A stretch of 63,163 nucleotides of DNA, the filler included, from Choristocarpus tenellus KU-1152 (taxonomy: Eukaryota > Protista > Phaeophyceae), in the NCBI GenBank assembly GCA_964200185.2. It is 10 parts of 10 records of this genome, joined end to end, with 100 filler letters (N's around TTAATTAATTAA, not from the genome) between each part and the next. Parts side by side here need not be neighbours in the genome. Positions count along the whole stretch, not along the records: positions 35,880 to 52,571 come from CAXNAD020000791.1; 9 more parts are not named here. One strand, written 5' to 3'. The notes under the pieces are model-generated. The model did no database searches, was not told where the DNA came from, and saw nothing but the letters and a program-made list of their open reading frames with translations. This document shows, piece by piece, positions 36,421 to 51,400 of the stretch (position 1 is its first letter; each line of letters opens with the position of its first letter). Position numbers and translations under genes: made by a program.

Positions 36421-39400
36421 AGAGTCAGAGGAGGATGAGCTGGAAGTTCGTGATTTGGCCAAGAAACTTGAGAGACACTATGATATTGTTGAGAGGGAGT
36501 TCCTGGGGCAAAAGGCAAGAGGGTCTTGCAGCCAACATTTCTTCTTGCCCATCGTATACTAGTGTGATCTTCAGACGCATTCAACCATCTAGGCCTTCAC
36601 ACAACCAAACACACAACCAAAGAAGCATGAAGTATTTGGCTTCTTAGTAGTACTACTGACGTTTATTTTTTTATGCATCACCACACCAATTTCATGACGA
36701 CTATTGACAGTTCTCTCAAGTATTGTTTCCTTGATAAGATATGTTTTTGACAGTTTGCCCTTGTTCCTTGCAATATTAGGATCTTGTTGGCAACATCTAC
36801 AAGCTACTGCAGCAGGAAGCCAGCGAACTTAAAGGCTTACTTGCAGCAAGTGGAGATCCAAGTACTGTCCCACAGGCTAAGAGAAATTCTGCAATGGCAT
36901 TCCCTGTGGATCTGATGCGCTTAAAGGGTGACTTGGATGAGCGTCGGACCTATGAGGAACAGGCATCAGCAAAGGAGGTACTTCAAAGCTACAGAAATCA
37001 ACTCCTCTCCAATCCCATTTTTTATTTTGACCTTGTTTTGATTACTTAGGAGACTTTGGGGAACTCTATGGGGAACACATCTGAAGTAGTGTGTTTTGAG
37101 AAAGTCTAACTTTCACTGGGCCTGTTACTTAATACGAAGAGTGTGATGTTAACATACTATCCAAGTCAGCGTCAAAGTGCATTTACGATGCATATACCAA
37201 CCAAACATTTCGTTTTTTATCCAGAATAGGCAACGGCATGTCCTAGAACTGTGTGCCAGAAGGTGTACTTTAATACACCTGATTACTCTACCTACCTCCC
37301 TTCCTCATGCACAACATGCAACAGGGAGAAGTGCTTGCATCTCTTCAGCGCCTGCAGAAGCTCCTGGGTAAGGGGGGTTCGCATTTTGCTGAGAGAGTGG
37401 TAGGTGAGATTGCACAAGGAGTCGAAACACCTGAGAGTGGAGGCAATGCTGATGTTATGAAAGAGAGCAACAACATCGACGACCAATGCCATGAGGAGGG
37501 AGGAAAGTATGAGGGTGTGCTGGGAGCTGAGGAGAGCTACTCTCCACTCTTGCATGAGCTAGTCAAAGAGGCTGAATTGGTTATAGCACAGGTGGGACAG
37601 GAGGGTGCTCAAGGGAAACAAGACAATGTGTTGTATGGAAGGCATGCTCAAGCGTGTGTGGACTCCCTCAAGCTGAGACTACCTGCAATTTCCTCACCTT
37701 TGCTTTCTTTTAGATTTGTTGTTTGTATCCTTCCTCTTGAGGTGTGTGTTCGTACTTTATCCTTTCTACTTGACCTCTAAGCATTGCCCTTGATCATCTT
37801 GTGCATTGGGAGTCAGGAATTGTACCTCTTCGTGAGGATATTCTTGTGTCATTTGTTGGGGAAAATTTCTTCATGCAATACGGTATCTAAAAAATAACTA
37901 GTACTGTAGGGATCAACTAAGGTTCTATCTGTTGAGTGACTATTTCTGTTCTTACAGACCCTGGTCACAAAATGAGTCAATCAAGGCGGTCAAAGGTTTT
38001 TGCAAATGTACGAGATAGCCTCTTCCACTTTAAACTACAACTGTATTGTTCAGTCTCACATCATTAACTAGGAATATGTGGAATATGAAAATATCTATTT
38101 ATTGTGGCAAACCTATCCGGAGTGTGTAAGATTCTCACTCTAGGCCATTCCATATATTTAGTATCCCACCCTATAGCTTGTCCTAACATCCGTTTATGAT
38201 TAAAACCTTTCCAGATCAAGGGACTCACAGAGATCTTGGATAGAGAGGCTGCAAGGATAGAAAATGCTCGCCTGCTACACCAAGAGGCTGTGGCATCCTG
38301 TGGTTTGTGCCTGTCCGAGGTAATCCATGGAATATATCCTGGGGTTGTGTCTGTTGTTTCCTTGATGTCGTTAAAATGAATAGATCAGCACCTACGCCCA
38401 CTATGTATAAAATATATTCCCAATCGGTAGAACTAGTGTGCATCCCTGTCCTTACATACACCTCCCTCTTCAACTGCAACCAGGGAGTAGAAGCATGTCT
38501 TGCTTCTGTGGGCAAAGCTGACTGTGGGTCCGACATTGCAGCACGAGCAATGGCAGTCGCTTTGCAAGATTTCACTGCTCTCGGTCCTCTCTGCTCTGCT
38601 GATCTCAAGGGTGAAGCGGTGAGCAGCGTTGGAGAGGAATCACATGCATATAGCTTACCCCTGGTTGTTTTGAACGATTCTTAGACGAGAGTGGATTCCC
38701 CTTGTAATAGATCGTACTCTAAATACTTCAGTGTTGTTGCACGGGCAAAGTTTAAGGGAGGGGGGTACAGTATACAAGCGTCGTATTTTCTCAAGGATAT
38801 GGGCAAAGGCATAGTGTGTCCATTCTCTTGTCTTCGTGACCATGGAAAGAGTATACTCTCCTCTGTCAAGGTGATATCGGATCCACACCAACGCAGGGAT
38901 TATATGCATGGTGTGCTAGATATATTTGGGACACACAATATAATTCATTAAGTGTCTAAAGTACGTATAATCTACTATACATTTCTGAAAGAAAAATGAG
39001 CTCGTGAGGAGTCCTGGTATCTTAGCAGATGTTTGGACCCTTGCTATTGTGGAGAAAGTCTTGAATCTACCTCAACATGAAGAGAAGGGTGTTGTATGCT
39101 GCAGTTTCCTCGACGTAATTAACTCTCTTAGCACTGCTATAGGCAAAAGATGAGGGACCACTCTCAATCCCACCATTTCAGTTGGTCTGTCCCAAGTCCT
39201 GTATGCCCAACATCATCCCACCGAGGCTAACCCACAACTTGTTATTTTGCCCCACTATTGCACTTCTCACAAGCCTCACCTCTTCCATCCCTTCAACAGT
39301 ACAATAAAAATTCTCCTTGCTACTCTTAATCATTCCATCAGGTACTTATTGCCAAAAGTATTGCTTGTGCAAGAGAGAAAAATGACGACAATCTAAAAGA

Positions 39401-42400
39401 AGTCGAGATTTCTCGTGGTGTGGAGACAATGGCAGGTGTCTCCGAGAAACTGAGCAGGCTTCTCCATGGGGTACTTACGAATTCAGAAGAGGAAAAAATG
39501 GCACTTGACAATGCTAGAGTCACTGCAAAGGTTTGCCTTGGGGACGTAAAGGGTAATGCAACATGATGCGAGCATGTGAACAAGAGATAGGAAGAGAAAA
39601 GAGGCCTTCAACACATTGATATTGTACCATTTATAGTCAGATGGAAACATTTTGGTACTATGGACAGAAGAGGTGAAGGGGTACAGGCTAATGAGTGGAA
39701 TCGTGTCAAGTTTACTTGATACATTTCCGAGGATGATCCTTCAGAGCATCCGAAAGAGTTACAAATTGTACATGTATGGATGTACACAACAATGATTAAG
39801 TTTAATCCTCCTCACCTAGTGGCCCATGTTCACCTACATGCACATAGAAGGGGTACTGTGGGAGATTTATATATATATATATTTTTTTTATCGTTTTTCT
39901 GACTGGGTCCCCCTTGACTACAAACTTCTGTTTTGCTCTTTTCCTGACCTTGATCCTCCTCAAAATCCCTTCTTTTGCAGATCAAGCGTGCTCATCTTGA
40001 AGACAGTATTCTTGAGTCCATTTCTCCAGTGCCCACATCTCAAACTACTCAAGACGCACCCCTTGTTTTGCCAAGTGACACCAGGGTGAGGATGAATAGC
40101 ATTATTGCAAGAGGATCTGCCGCATTCCTTATAGGGTATTACTTTCACCCCTTCATGAGAGTACCTACTGAGCTTTGGCAGGGTGTGATAGTGTGTTACA
40201 ACCTACTACACACTCCTTACTATCAACATTTGAGGGGTGGTCACAATACGTTGCTACACCTTGCCGCAAGGTATCAACGTGAGTGGGACTGTGTATCAGA
40301 GCGAAAGTATCTTAGAGGGTACGAGTTTTGCCCTGTTTGTCCATTTGGGGCTTGGCTTCCCATGTTTATTTTTATGACATTTTTCTACTCCAAAATGTTT
40401 CGGAGCAGGTAAAAATGTGTATGTTACGAAAAGGTGTGTCCGGAACAAGGATAATGACACTTCCTAGCAAACACGATAGTCAAAATTACATCAAAATCGC
40501 AACATTGGATTTTGACCTCCAAATGGACACGGCTCTACCCTCTAAGATACTTTGGCTCATCACATTGTCTATTAGTAGATAAATATTATCCCCCTGAATT
40601 GATGGAGTGACGAAGGTGTATGTAGATATTCTTGGCACGATACAATAGATCACATCACACATGCAGTGGTAGATAGATATTGGCCACTGGAAGTGTCTCC
40701 ATAGCAACAATTGAATGAGGTCCACATGGATGCTGGGGCCAGAGAGATGTAGGTTGGGAATGGCCTGACCATCATACTAACGTGCCTTCTCCCACATATG
40801 CAATATCTGAGTCAAGACTCTTCTGGAGCATGCAAGAGAGCTTGTAGCGGAAGCTGGAGGTCAAGAAGAGTCCAAGCTTGCAGAGAAATTTGCCAAGGTT
40901 GTCTCTAAGGAGGGTAGCAGACTAAGAGAGGATCCTGACCTTTTGGTGGAGGAAGCAACACTGCTGTTGGAACAAAGGATTTGCGGCAGCCCTGAAGATG
41001 ACAAGAAACTAGAGACTGAGGAAGAGGTGGAAGTGGCAGTTTTGTCAGTAATAGACAACCCAGGGATAGATGAGGAGAAAAAACAGGAGCTCAAGACAAA
41101 GGTGAGAAGGAATTTGAGAGCACTACCAGTTTGTGATTACCAGGAACTGTGCTGTATGATGTTGTGGGACACATGATGCAGTTTGCAAGGTAAAAGACAT
41201 GTCCACAATATTATCTTGTGTATGCTTTTTTCATTGAATTTTCCTCCTCTGCATTCTTCTGGAAGGTCTGCCTTTGTTTTATCTGTAGCTGGTACGTGAT
41301 CTAGTGTAGAGAAAGTGTCAAGTGTTAAGGCTTATTGTGAAGGAAGTTGGTCATCGGGTTTGAGGTAATGTCAGTTGGTTGTGAGAGGCAGAGAGAAGTC
41401 TTGGTAGTTGTAACCTCCAGTTTGAGTCCATAACCTGTGCTGGTAGTCCAGGTCTAATTCAGCAGTTTGGAGCACAATTCACTGAAGTAATTTGGGTTCG
41501 GCAACTGATATGAGTGTCAAGTGTTGGACCTAAGGTGCTCTTTGCCCTTGATATTTCGAAATACTTCGTAGAAGATCCATGCCTAGGAGGGTCAGGCTTG
41601 TGCATACGAGCACTCTATGAGGTACAAAGATAAACTTCACAAAACCCAACACATTAAGCATGTTGTAGTCATGCTCGCAGTATCGTTGACATATTCAACT
41701 AAACCAATGAAATTCACCTTGGTCTCCAACCTATACCCAGCTGCTCCAGCGGCAGAAGAGTGTTATTTTGGCAAGGCAAATTGAGGATGTGGGGTCCAGG
41801 CTGAGAGCAGAACAGGAAGTGGAAATGGAAATGGTTGCAGCTTCAGTAGAGGCCCAAAAGAGCAGCCTCAGACAAGAGCTGAGCAAAGCTGACATGACTG
41901 ATGAGGAGCATGAGGTAACATTCCGATTACTGCTACATGTTGGACATGAACACCCATGTATGGGGAAAGTGCTATGAAAGAAGAAATTACTTGATATACA
42001 AAAGTAGCTAGTGGATTATTCACTGCAAATACTTACCAATAAAATTACTTAAGATATTTTTTCAAGTGCTGGCAACATGGTTTCCACCTTTTATCCCAAC
42101 ACTTACCACCCAACCCAACCTCAACTTCATCTTTGGCCACCAACAGGCATTGATGAACACCATTGATGAGGACCAGTGTCTACTTGCGAGTGTGCTAGAG
42201 GCCGAGAGACTCAGGATGGAGGAAGGGGTTAAAGTAGCCATGATTGCCAGAGCAATGATTCACAAAAAGGAGGAGCTGGAGGAGAGGTGCAGATTCCTGA
42301 TAAGAAATGTTCCAACTACAAAACTTCTATGTTCATATCTATGTGTCGTTTTTGTTTCTTATGTTCAAGTACCTTCTTTGTCCAAAGCATCCCAAACCCT

Positions 42401-45400
42401 GTACCCTATGTCACTGTCAGTCCTCACCAACCATTGCCTCTAGAATGCCTGCATATAGAAATTGAACAAAACCCAATTTAAATATCTCTAAATCCCTCAT
42501 CAGCAATTGCAATGCACTGAACGAGCTTCAGACAGCGCAAAAGAATGAAATGATCCTCAAGCATCAGAGAGAGCTGAATGAATTTGCTGAGATGGAGAAA
42601 GAGGCGGAGGATGAGGATGAGGCGGACAAAGAGAATGACGAGGACACTGAGCACGTGGAGGGGGGTGGGGAGAAGGTGTGTGTTCGTTGTGAAGAGTGGT
42701 AATAAAAAAAACATCAAGTGCCCGAAATAGAAGCAGAAATAAATTCCACGGTCAAATTCTTCGAAGTAGACAGTCCCATGCAGAGTCTGAATAAAAAATC
42801 GCAACATCAATCTTGAAGCCTCAGCATCTCAACTGCTTTCAAGAGTGAAACGTGTTGTAGGTTGCTAAACACATGGGATAGAATGTGATGAGTTTTGTGA
42901 AAAACAGGTAGAAACATGCAAGCTGGTCATTTCTGAGTAGTTTGAAAAATCCCGTCATTCAGGACTCAAATCCTCCAACCCACCATCCATATTGTACTCC
43001 CACCCTCTCTCTCCGTGGTCTCCCTGCACTTGCTTCATTCTTTCCCTCATCTTATCCGATTGTGATTCTCGATATAAATAATATTCCTTCTGGGTCAGGT
43101 GGATAGCACAGAGATGCAAGATGCCTTGGTGGTGAATCAACAGGACACAAACGCACAGCATGAGGCTGAGAAAGATGCCCTTCGAGAGGTAAAAGGATCT
43201 GAATTTTTGTTTCATTCACAGATTGCACTAATCTCTTGAGGTTCTATCTTTGGCTGTTATATGCTTATTATATATGCTTAATTCACCGTGGGAGCACACA
43301 TTTCTCCCTCACCACCTGGATCACTGACCGCAAATTACATCATGCAAACCCCAGGCTCACAAACGCCAGATTGTCCTGCTGGACACAATTCTTAAGTCGA
43401 GAGCAAGGAAGGCAAGGAAGGCTTTGGAGCAACGACTTCGCACCCGAAGGCAAGCTTGTGTAAGCAGGGCAATATCTATTGCATGTGCTCTCTGAAACAA
43501 GCAAATACTTCAGGAAATCTTGTGACTGCCAGACTTCTTGATGTTTTGAGCCTCTCATTCTTTGATTTTGTTATGGATTGGGCTAGTATCCCAAGCACGC
43601 AAGCCATTTTCTGCACCATCCCTAATGCGGCAAAGAAAGATCTGTAGGCTAAGAGGGGGGTGTAATTATGAACGGAATGCTGTGATATTTAAATGATTAA
43701 GGCAAGCAGTTATCGTGTTCGTGCAAGCTAGGGCATGGAAGATGGGCACTGTTTGCAAGTGAAAAGTAGTGCAATGTATTTATGAAATTTTCTAAATGAC
43801 CCAAAGGAACATCTTGCTGTCCCCATCAACTACCTTGATACATGTGGTCTGCTTCATCAGGGAGCAACGAGAAGTTGAACTTCTCCAGCAGGGCTTGTCA
43901 GTGGCAGAAGCAGCAAACCAGGCTGAGGAAGAACTGGAAAATGAAGAAAACAAGGAGGAGGCAGACCTTGATGAAGAACTCTCCCAAAAAAGGTGACCAA
44001 AGAGATTTAAGATGGAATAATATCATGAATTAATTTTGTATGTATGGTATCCGACAGGGGTGTGTGTGCAGCATAGGTCGTCCTTTCAGGGCTTGATTGG
44101 GTGTAGTAAAACACCTTAGTTTGATGCTCATTTTGCGGGTGATATACCTTAGGATGTTGTCCAGGCAGGGGGATGGAAAAGGAAGGTGTGTTCAGGTGAA
44201 GCAAATTGCCAACACGGACAAGTTCACGCGAATGACTTGAAAACCACTACAGGGTCACAAGGGCCCCAAATGAACGCCTGGCCCCCTCTCTAAGATGCTA
44301 TGAGCCTATTGTACATGAATTTCCTGCTGTCCCTGACTCTGTTTGTGCCTGATGCTTTCACGCATTTTCTTACCTTAACTCACTGCCACCTGGAGATGAC
44401 CAGACACAAATATATAATTTGAAATATTAGGTGCACTTTGTACACAGATATATATGTAGTAATTGTGGTAAGATAGGTGCCAGTATCAAAATATCATGTG
44501 CAACTGACTCAGAGGTAAGGCAGTCTTGAATGACAGTAGGCAAGGACGGGATGTTTCCTTGCTTACCTATTGCTTTTCAGTTGCCACGGAAAGGACACTT
44601 AATCTTGCAAGTGCTTTCTATCTATTCAATACTTACAAGTGAATCTACTGAATCCGAAATTTAATGCATTCTCTTCTAATGGGGTGAGATTTCCCAAACT
44701 ATATATTTTGTGTTCCCTCCCACTGTTAAGGGAATCCACCTTAGAAGAGGAGAAGTCCATGCAGATGCAATGCTTGGCTGAAGACGGGGAACAATTTAAT
44801 GCAGAGGCAGAGGCACAACGTTTGCAGGGAAAAAATTGTCAGGGATTGGCAGAGCTAGAGGTAAGTCTCTCTCTACCACAAATGAGTTGAACTAGATGGA
44901 CTTGGTGCCAACAATGAAGTAAAATATGTTGCAGGATAGTCTGTGTGCTCTAGCCCACCTCACTCAAAGTATTCTTAACAATATGTCTCAGATGTCAATT
45001 TGTGAGGAGGCTGGATGTAGGAAGGCAGCTCTATCTGAGCAAAGGCTTGTTCGAAGGCGACGGAAAGAAGTCGAACTTGACAATCTGTCCGCTAGTGATG
45101 AAGAGAAGATGCAGGCGTTATCAGATGTCCACCGCCTTGATGCGCTGGAAGCAGAGGTATCCTCCTCCCTCCACTATCAAAATACTTGCCTGAGTGGTTT
45201 GAAATTTACAATAGTCTGCAAAAATTGGCTAGAATCACAATACATATATAGTTTAAATACATGCTTTATTTTACTCATTGCTTCCAAAGATCAATGCAGT
45301 AGAAAGATTTCCTCGGACTGGAGTGACTGTGTCCATGTTGATATTTTTTGTTTTGCACTCCTAGTGTTTCATCTCCCTACTAAGGATAAAAGAAAAAACA

Positions 45401-48400
45401 ACACACACATTTCTTGGTACTCTTTGGGACTCAAAGTAACTGGGGGAGGGGGTGGCAGCTGTCCATTTGGGGTCCATTTTTCCATGTCTTTTGTTTTTGG
45501 TGATTTGGTTGCATTCGTCCGATGGATAATCTAACTGCACTCTTCCTGGTTAGGACCAGAATGTACACCCTGGTGTAGACCCCCCCAGCCCCCACCCCCA
45601 GATACTTTGAGCCTGAATGCGGAAGAAAATGCGAACAATTTCAGTTCTTTAATAAATATCATGCTTACAACATTGTTTTTTATTCCAAATCACCTGCAGG
45701 CTTTGAATGAGGCATTGCAGTTGGAGAGATTGCAAGAATTGAGAGAGGCTAAGATGCAGGCTCTGACTGTTGACGTGGCAGCAACAAACAAGGAAGCGGA
45801 TGGAACCTCAGTTTTGCTTAGGGTGTGTTTATTGTTCCTCCTGTGCAGCACGAACAGTTTATAGTCTCCAGCACGAGCTCTTGCAAACATGAAATAGATA
45901 AAATAATTGTCTGGCCTTGGAAAGCTGCGTCCACCCCACACTGAGTAACTCTGATACCCTTTTTGAGATAACTTAGTGTGTGACGGAATAGAGATGGGGG
46001 TAGTCTACCCAAGGGTTGTGTACCCAGCCCAATCAATGCCTGTGTTCCAGGGTGCCAAATTCCCCAATGTCTATTCCCCCTTCAGGTCCACTTAAAAATT
46101 CCAGTTCTTCTGCACACCTTCCAACAATTCCCACAATTTAATTTCCAACCTCTTGAGACAATTATCTCCCTGGTGCAATCTCCCATATCTTTCCGCCCCC
46201 ACTGTTCATCTCCTTGCCAAAACAATGCCCCCGCCCTCCCTTTGTCTATGGTCTTGTCTTTATACTATTGTCACTAATAACACCTTGGATGTTTCATGTA
46301 ATTGAGCTGGTCACTAGCCGCAGACTTGTCCAATGCCTTTGCTCCACTGGTTCCACTAACCCTCACTCTGCTTTTGCTCTCTACCACCCTTTTGAAGGAA
46401 CTCCACCTGGCTGCCTCAGAAAAGCTCGAGTCTGACCTATCCTGTAAGGAGCGTCTGGCATCAAAGGCTCTCAATGCCCGACTAAAGGCAAAGAAAGCTG
46501 AGCGGGAGGCCAGGCAAGTAGGGAAAATTTGTGAATGTTCCAATTAAAGAAAAGAGGGGAAAGGGTGGCTGGTGTAAGTGGTGAAATATAATTGGATATC
46601 ATTCCAGGGGCAAAGGCAGAGATTGGTCAATAGTCGGATAGTAGAAGGTTGTTAGACTTGAGTGGAACAGTGGTATATTCTTTGCGCTATCTTTTCCCCT
46701 CTCCACCCTTTCAGATTGGTGGTTCTCCACTGCAAATACATACCAATTTGAATTACTTGTTGAAACTGATCCATAAATCGTCTAACCACTCAGACTAGTT
46801 GAGGAGGAAGGCTTGACAGCTGCAGAGGCCAAGTCAAGGGCAGCTGAAGAACTGGCAGAGGAAGAAGCTACTGCTTGGCATGATCTGGTGAGGAATATCC
46901 ACCTCTGTGCCTTGGAAGACCATATTCTACATGTGTATATTATCTATAGTTGGCCGTCTGTCACATGATATGAGAAAATGAGGTCAGGAGCATCCTATAT
47001 ATGCAGTATAGTTCCAAGTGCTTACTTTGAAGATAACCATACAAATAATTACTAACTCTGAGTCAGTTGCTTCTAATCCAGTGTATGGGGAAGGAGAGGG
47101 AGAAAACTCTAGTCTACCTAGTGAGATGACCATTCTGACTCCCTTCATCAGTTACATAAGATTCTCACCAAGCAGGCACTCCTCATTTTCAAAAGTATCT
47201 TAAATCACTTCCCTCAAATAATAGTCCAAGAAGATGGAAGAATCTCGCAAGAAAACAATGGAAAGTCATGAGAAACTTGGAGCAGACATTCTCCGAGAAG
47301 CGGGGACAGTCTCAGTGCAAGAGGAGGCTGACAGGCTGCTGGAAGAACACAAGAGACGTGAAAATGAGCTACAATCGGCTCTCAAGGTTAGTTGCCTTAT
47401 GCAGCAGCAATTCTTTTGCATGGAGTGATCAACGACAAATGTACTTTGAATCGATTTGATTTAGTTCTAACTTTGATTTAAAGCAAAGCGAGAGGTACCA
47501 AGAGTTGCATGATTACGATGTCTGCAAATATGTCCAAACTTCGTCTTTTTTACAAACGTGTATAGAATATTTTTCAAACTGTCGAATTTTTCAAACAAAA
47601 GAGAATTAGACCCTCTCAAGTCAAACTTAGCGCTTCATCCATAGAAATATGGGTGAATTGCAAGAGATTGAACAACTAGCCCCTCACCCTCAACAACCTC
47701 AAGAAATATGTTCTCCATCTATACCTCCAACCCCCTATAAACATCTACAGGTTGGGGCCCGTAAAAGAAAGGATGCTTTAGAAAAGCGCTTGGCAAGCAA
47801 GCGCCGAACTCGTGTTGCAGCAACCTCATCATCTTCACCAAGTGCCCAGGAAACCCTCTTGTTGGAAGAGGATGCTGAGCGTGCCAAGCTTGAACATGAC
47901 TTAGAAAGAGAGACCCACCGTCTGGACCTCACTTCTCAGTCCCATTTGAAGGATGTCATAGAACTACTTGCCAAGGCCAAGATAATTGGAGAGAAGAGCA
48001 AAGGGGGAGGAGAAGAGACTGCAGATGAGTTAGATCTGGGGAAAGGTGCAATAGGCATGAGTCCTCAGGAAGACCTTAGACATCTGCATGAGAGGGAAAT
48101 CGCTTCACTCACAGCTGAGACAGAAGAGAGAAAGAGGTTAGCTCGCTCTCGCCTTAGGCAGAGACGTGAAGCCAGCAGAGCTGCTCGGGAAGAGGAGATG
48201 CAAGCAGACGGGACAAGAGAAGAGGATATTGTGGTTGCACTGGCAGAGGTAGGTGGGTGGTGCAACCGTGCACAATTTGGTGTCATAGCTAGAGGTTGCA
48301 GTGAGTGGATGTGAGGTTGGGGACAGAGGGGCATCAATCAAGTATTGCTTAATTCAAGTTTAGTCTACTCTGCAGGCTGGTATACTTGGTGCAAAGTAAG

Positions 48401-51400
48401 CATTAATCATTTGTATTATAGTATTGATGGAGAGTACTGCAACATTCCACAGCATTGCTCAGGATAAGGACTGCTTTCTTCTTGGACATTCTTGTAGTTG
48501 CTCCTATCTATACTGTAATACGAATGCAATAGTAATTGCTCCTGCTCATATCAGCACATTCAAACACTTTGATCAAAAGTTGCAAAATTGGAGAAGGGAT
48601 GAGAAGGAGCAGTAACACCATAAAAACATTTTGTACTGACCAATATGCCCAACAGTTCAATACTAACACGGATGCTCTATGTGAGTCCCTTTCTTCTCTG
48701 GAGAATGATACTATAGAAATAGAGAGGAACTGTCAGTCTGAGGCCTTGGCAAGGGGAGCTGGAATGGAGTCTGAGGTTGCCAGAATACGAGAGAGGCACC
48801 ATCAAGACCTGGTGAGGGAAGGCACGAGAGTAGAGCTCATGCTGAAGGATATGATTCCATTAGTGATTGCAAACTTTGCAGTCTTAAACATTGGAGATTC
48901 GCCCTCAAAACTAGCAGTCCCAGCAAGGCTTGTTACTTGGAACCTGGTAAACATATGAACCTCTAGCCTAACCAAGGCTCAGCAAGATTTCAGACAGCAT
49001 CATAAATTGTCCTGATTGAGCAAGAAACGTCCTTGAAGGTTCAACTCGAGAAGATCTTTCTTTTGTAGGGGTTAGTCCAGATGGGGATTTTCACCTATAT
49101 TTTATCTACATACATGCATCCAGGCGATGAATGATTTGATTACAATTATAAGGGATATGCGTTGCATTTTGATTTCCAGTGATAAAACGCCTTCTGTACA
49201 ATACAGAAGCACTCTCTGTAGTCCAGGATGCATCTAGTAACATCTCGTGTGTTAGAGTATCGATTCACTAACAAAGTTTTTTTTTTTTTTTTCCGCAATA
49301 CTTAAAAAGAATCTCCTGCAGATACTTCTTCATCTCTCATAGTCCCTACCAAAATTCTCTTTCTTGGTGCTCTACTATAGAGTTCATTGAGCTTCTACAT
49401 TGATATATCACTGCTAAGAGACTCAAATAACCATTTATTGCCCACTATCAACTTGTTCAACTAACATCCAGGAATCCATTTCGCACATGTTGACTGATGA
49501 CTTGAAGGAGAAAGTAGTTCTTGCATTTCCGCTTTTTTTCACGACCTCTTTCCAATGCTCATATCTCTACCCCTTTCTCATCTTCATACATCATATCCTG
49601 TTTCCATCGCAATCGAAATCAAAAGTCATGGTCGCATCTTTCATGTGCTCCTCAAAACATATATTGCCCCCATTCGACAATGACATAGCAAAATATCATG
49701 TGCAAATACTTGAATTCCCAAACACCATTCCACTTGCTGAATATGGACTTCCACTTCATCCCTCACAAAGGCCTCCTTGGAAAAAGAACTGCTTGATCAC
49801 AAAAGCAAAATGGAAAGTTCATTGCGGGGGAGGCTTCGCTCTCGCCGCAGGGCAACACAGGAAAAGCTCAAGGCAGAAGGCGTTGGGGGGAACGACCTCC
49901 GGGCAGTTATGGATGTGTTAGAGGCAGAGGAGGAAAGGTTAGAATATAGGATGGAGGAGAGACTGCTGCTCAGGAAGGGAAAGGGGTAAAAGGAGAATAT
50001 ATTGTATGGAGCCTCATTGCACCTTCATACAAAGGTCATAAAATACCTCTGAAGTCAAGAAATCTCGGCAAATCAATGCTCAACCAAGATCCTAACCTTA
50101 ACCCCCCGCCACCTCCGGGTTTTCTGGGCAATAATGCGTTCTGTTTCTTGATGTTACCCCTTCTAGAGATATCAAGGAGCTAGAATTTTCCCTGAGCAAT
50201 GACATGGATGCGACTTTGGGTGCAGCACGGGAAGCTCAAGCATATGTACTCCCTGAAGAAATTAGCACTAGTGACGCTGAATTAGCAAATCTACGTGCCC
50301 GTCATCAGGTGGGATGCCAGATGTAGATAAATATATAGGAAGGATTGGTTGCAAGGATTGGCAGTCGACAATAAACACGTATTTGGTAGTACTTTTCAAC
50401 TATTTGACCCCTGGATTATGCTAACCTTCTCTCCTGCAACAGGTCAGATCTCATGTGGTATTGTGTACTTCGTCTCACTGAATGACCCTAGTACAGGCCC
50501 TGATCATAGACTCAAACGGTGTCTTGCCTTATCCTAGGCAATAATGGTTCGTATGCTGCGACAACAGTAAGCCTTACCCTGCTCTTGATCTTTCTTCTCT
50601 CTTCATTCGATCATGTCACTTCTTTAACCTTGGAGCTGGCCTTTACTGAACCACTCTTCTCCTCCTATGATTCACAAGACAAGGAAAATGAACTCCCATA
50701 CCTAATGCCAAAGATTCGAATGTAGTTATCTTATTCTTGTATAGAGTATGGGTAGGTGAGTTCCTATGAAGTAACCGATCATTCTGTTGACAAGCAATGT
50801 AGAACAAGCAAGTTTGGTGACTTGAGAGAGGATAGGAGAGAGGGAGGAAAGGGTGGTGCGAAAGACTTGTATATGTCCTTGACCACCCACACTTTACATA
50901 GAATCAATTTGTATTGGACCCCAACTTCTATATATTTATACAGGTGGATTTCATGTGGGATTTAGCGAAGACTATGTGCAAATGATGCTATCTTGGAGTC
51001 AGTTCAAGGAATCATGTTCCCTAGCTCTAAGAGCCATATGTGTCCGTCTAGACCCCAACATCTCTACCTCCCTGCCTGGACATATGATTCCTTGTACGTG
51101 CTGGCCCTTTCTGTTTCATATTCGCACAGGCGCATGAGATTAAATTGAAAGAGCTGCTAAATGCAGAGTGTGGGGCAAGAAAGTCCCGACTACGCCAACG
51201 TGTCACTAGTCGAGCCAGGGCTCGTGCCCAGGAGATGGAGGAGGAAGGGCGAAAGCTAGAGGAGATTGAAAAAGAGGTATCATTAGTGAAAGCAATGGGA
51301 AAGGAAGAGGAATGCCGGATGGAGGAGGTGAGAAGCAACTCTGTTTATTTCTCTACCTCCAGTGGCATTAAAAGGATGGAGGTCTATGAGTTGGACCTAC

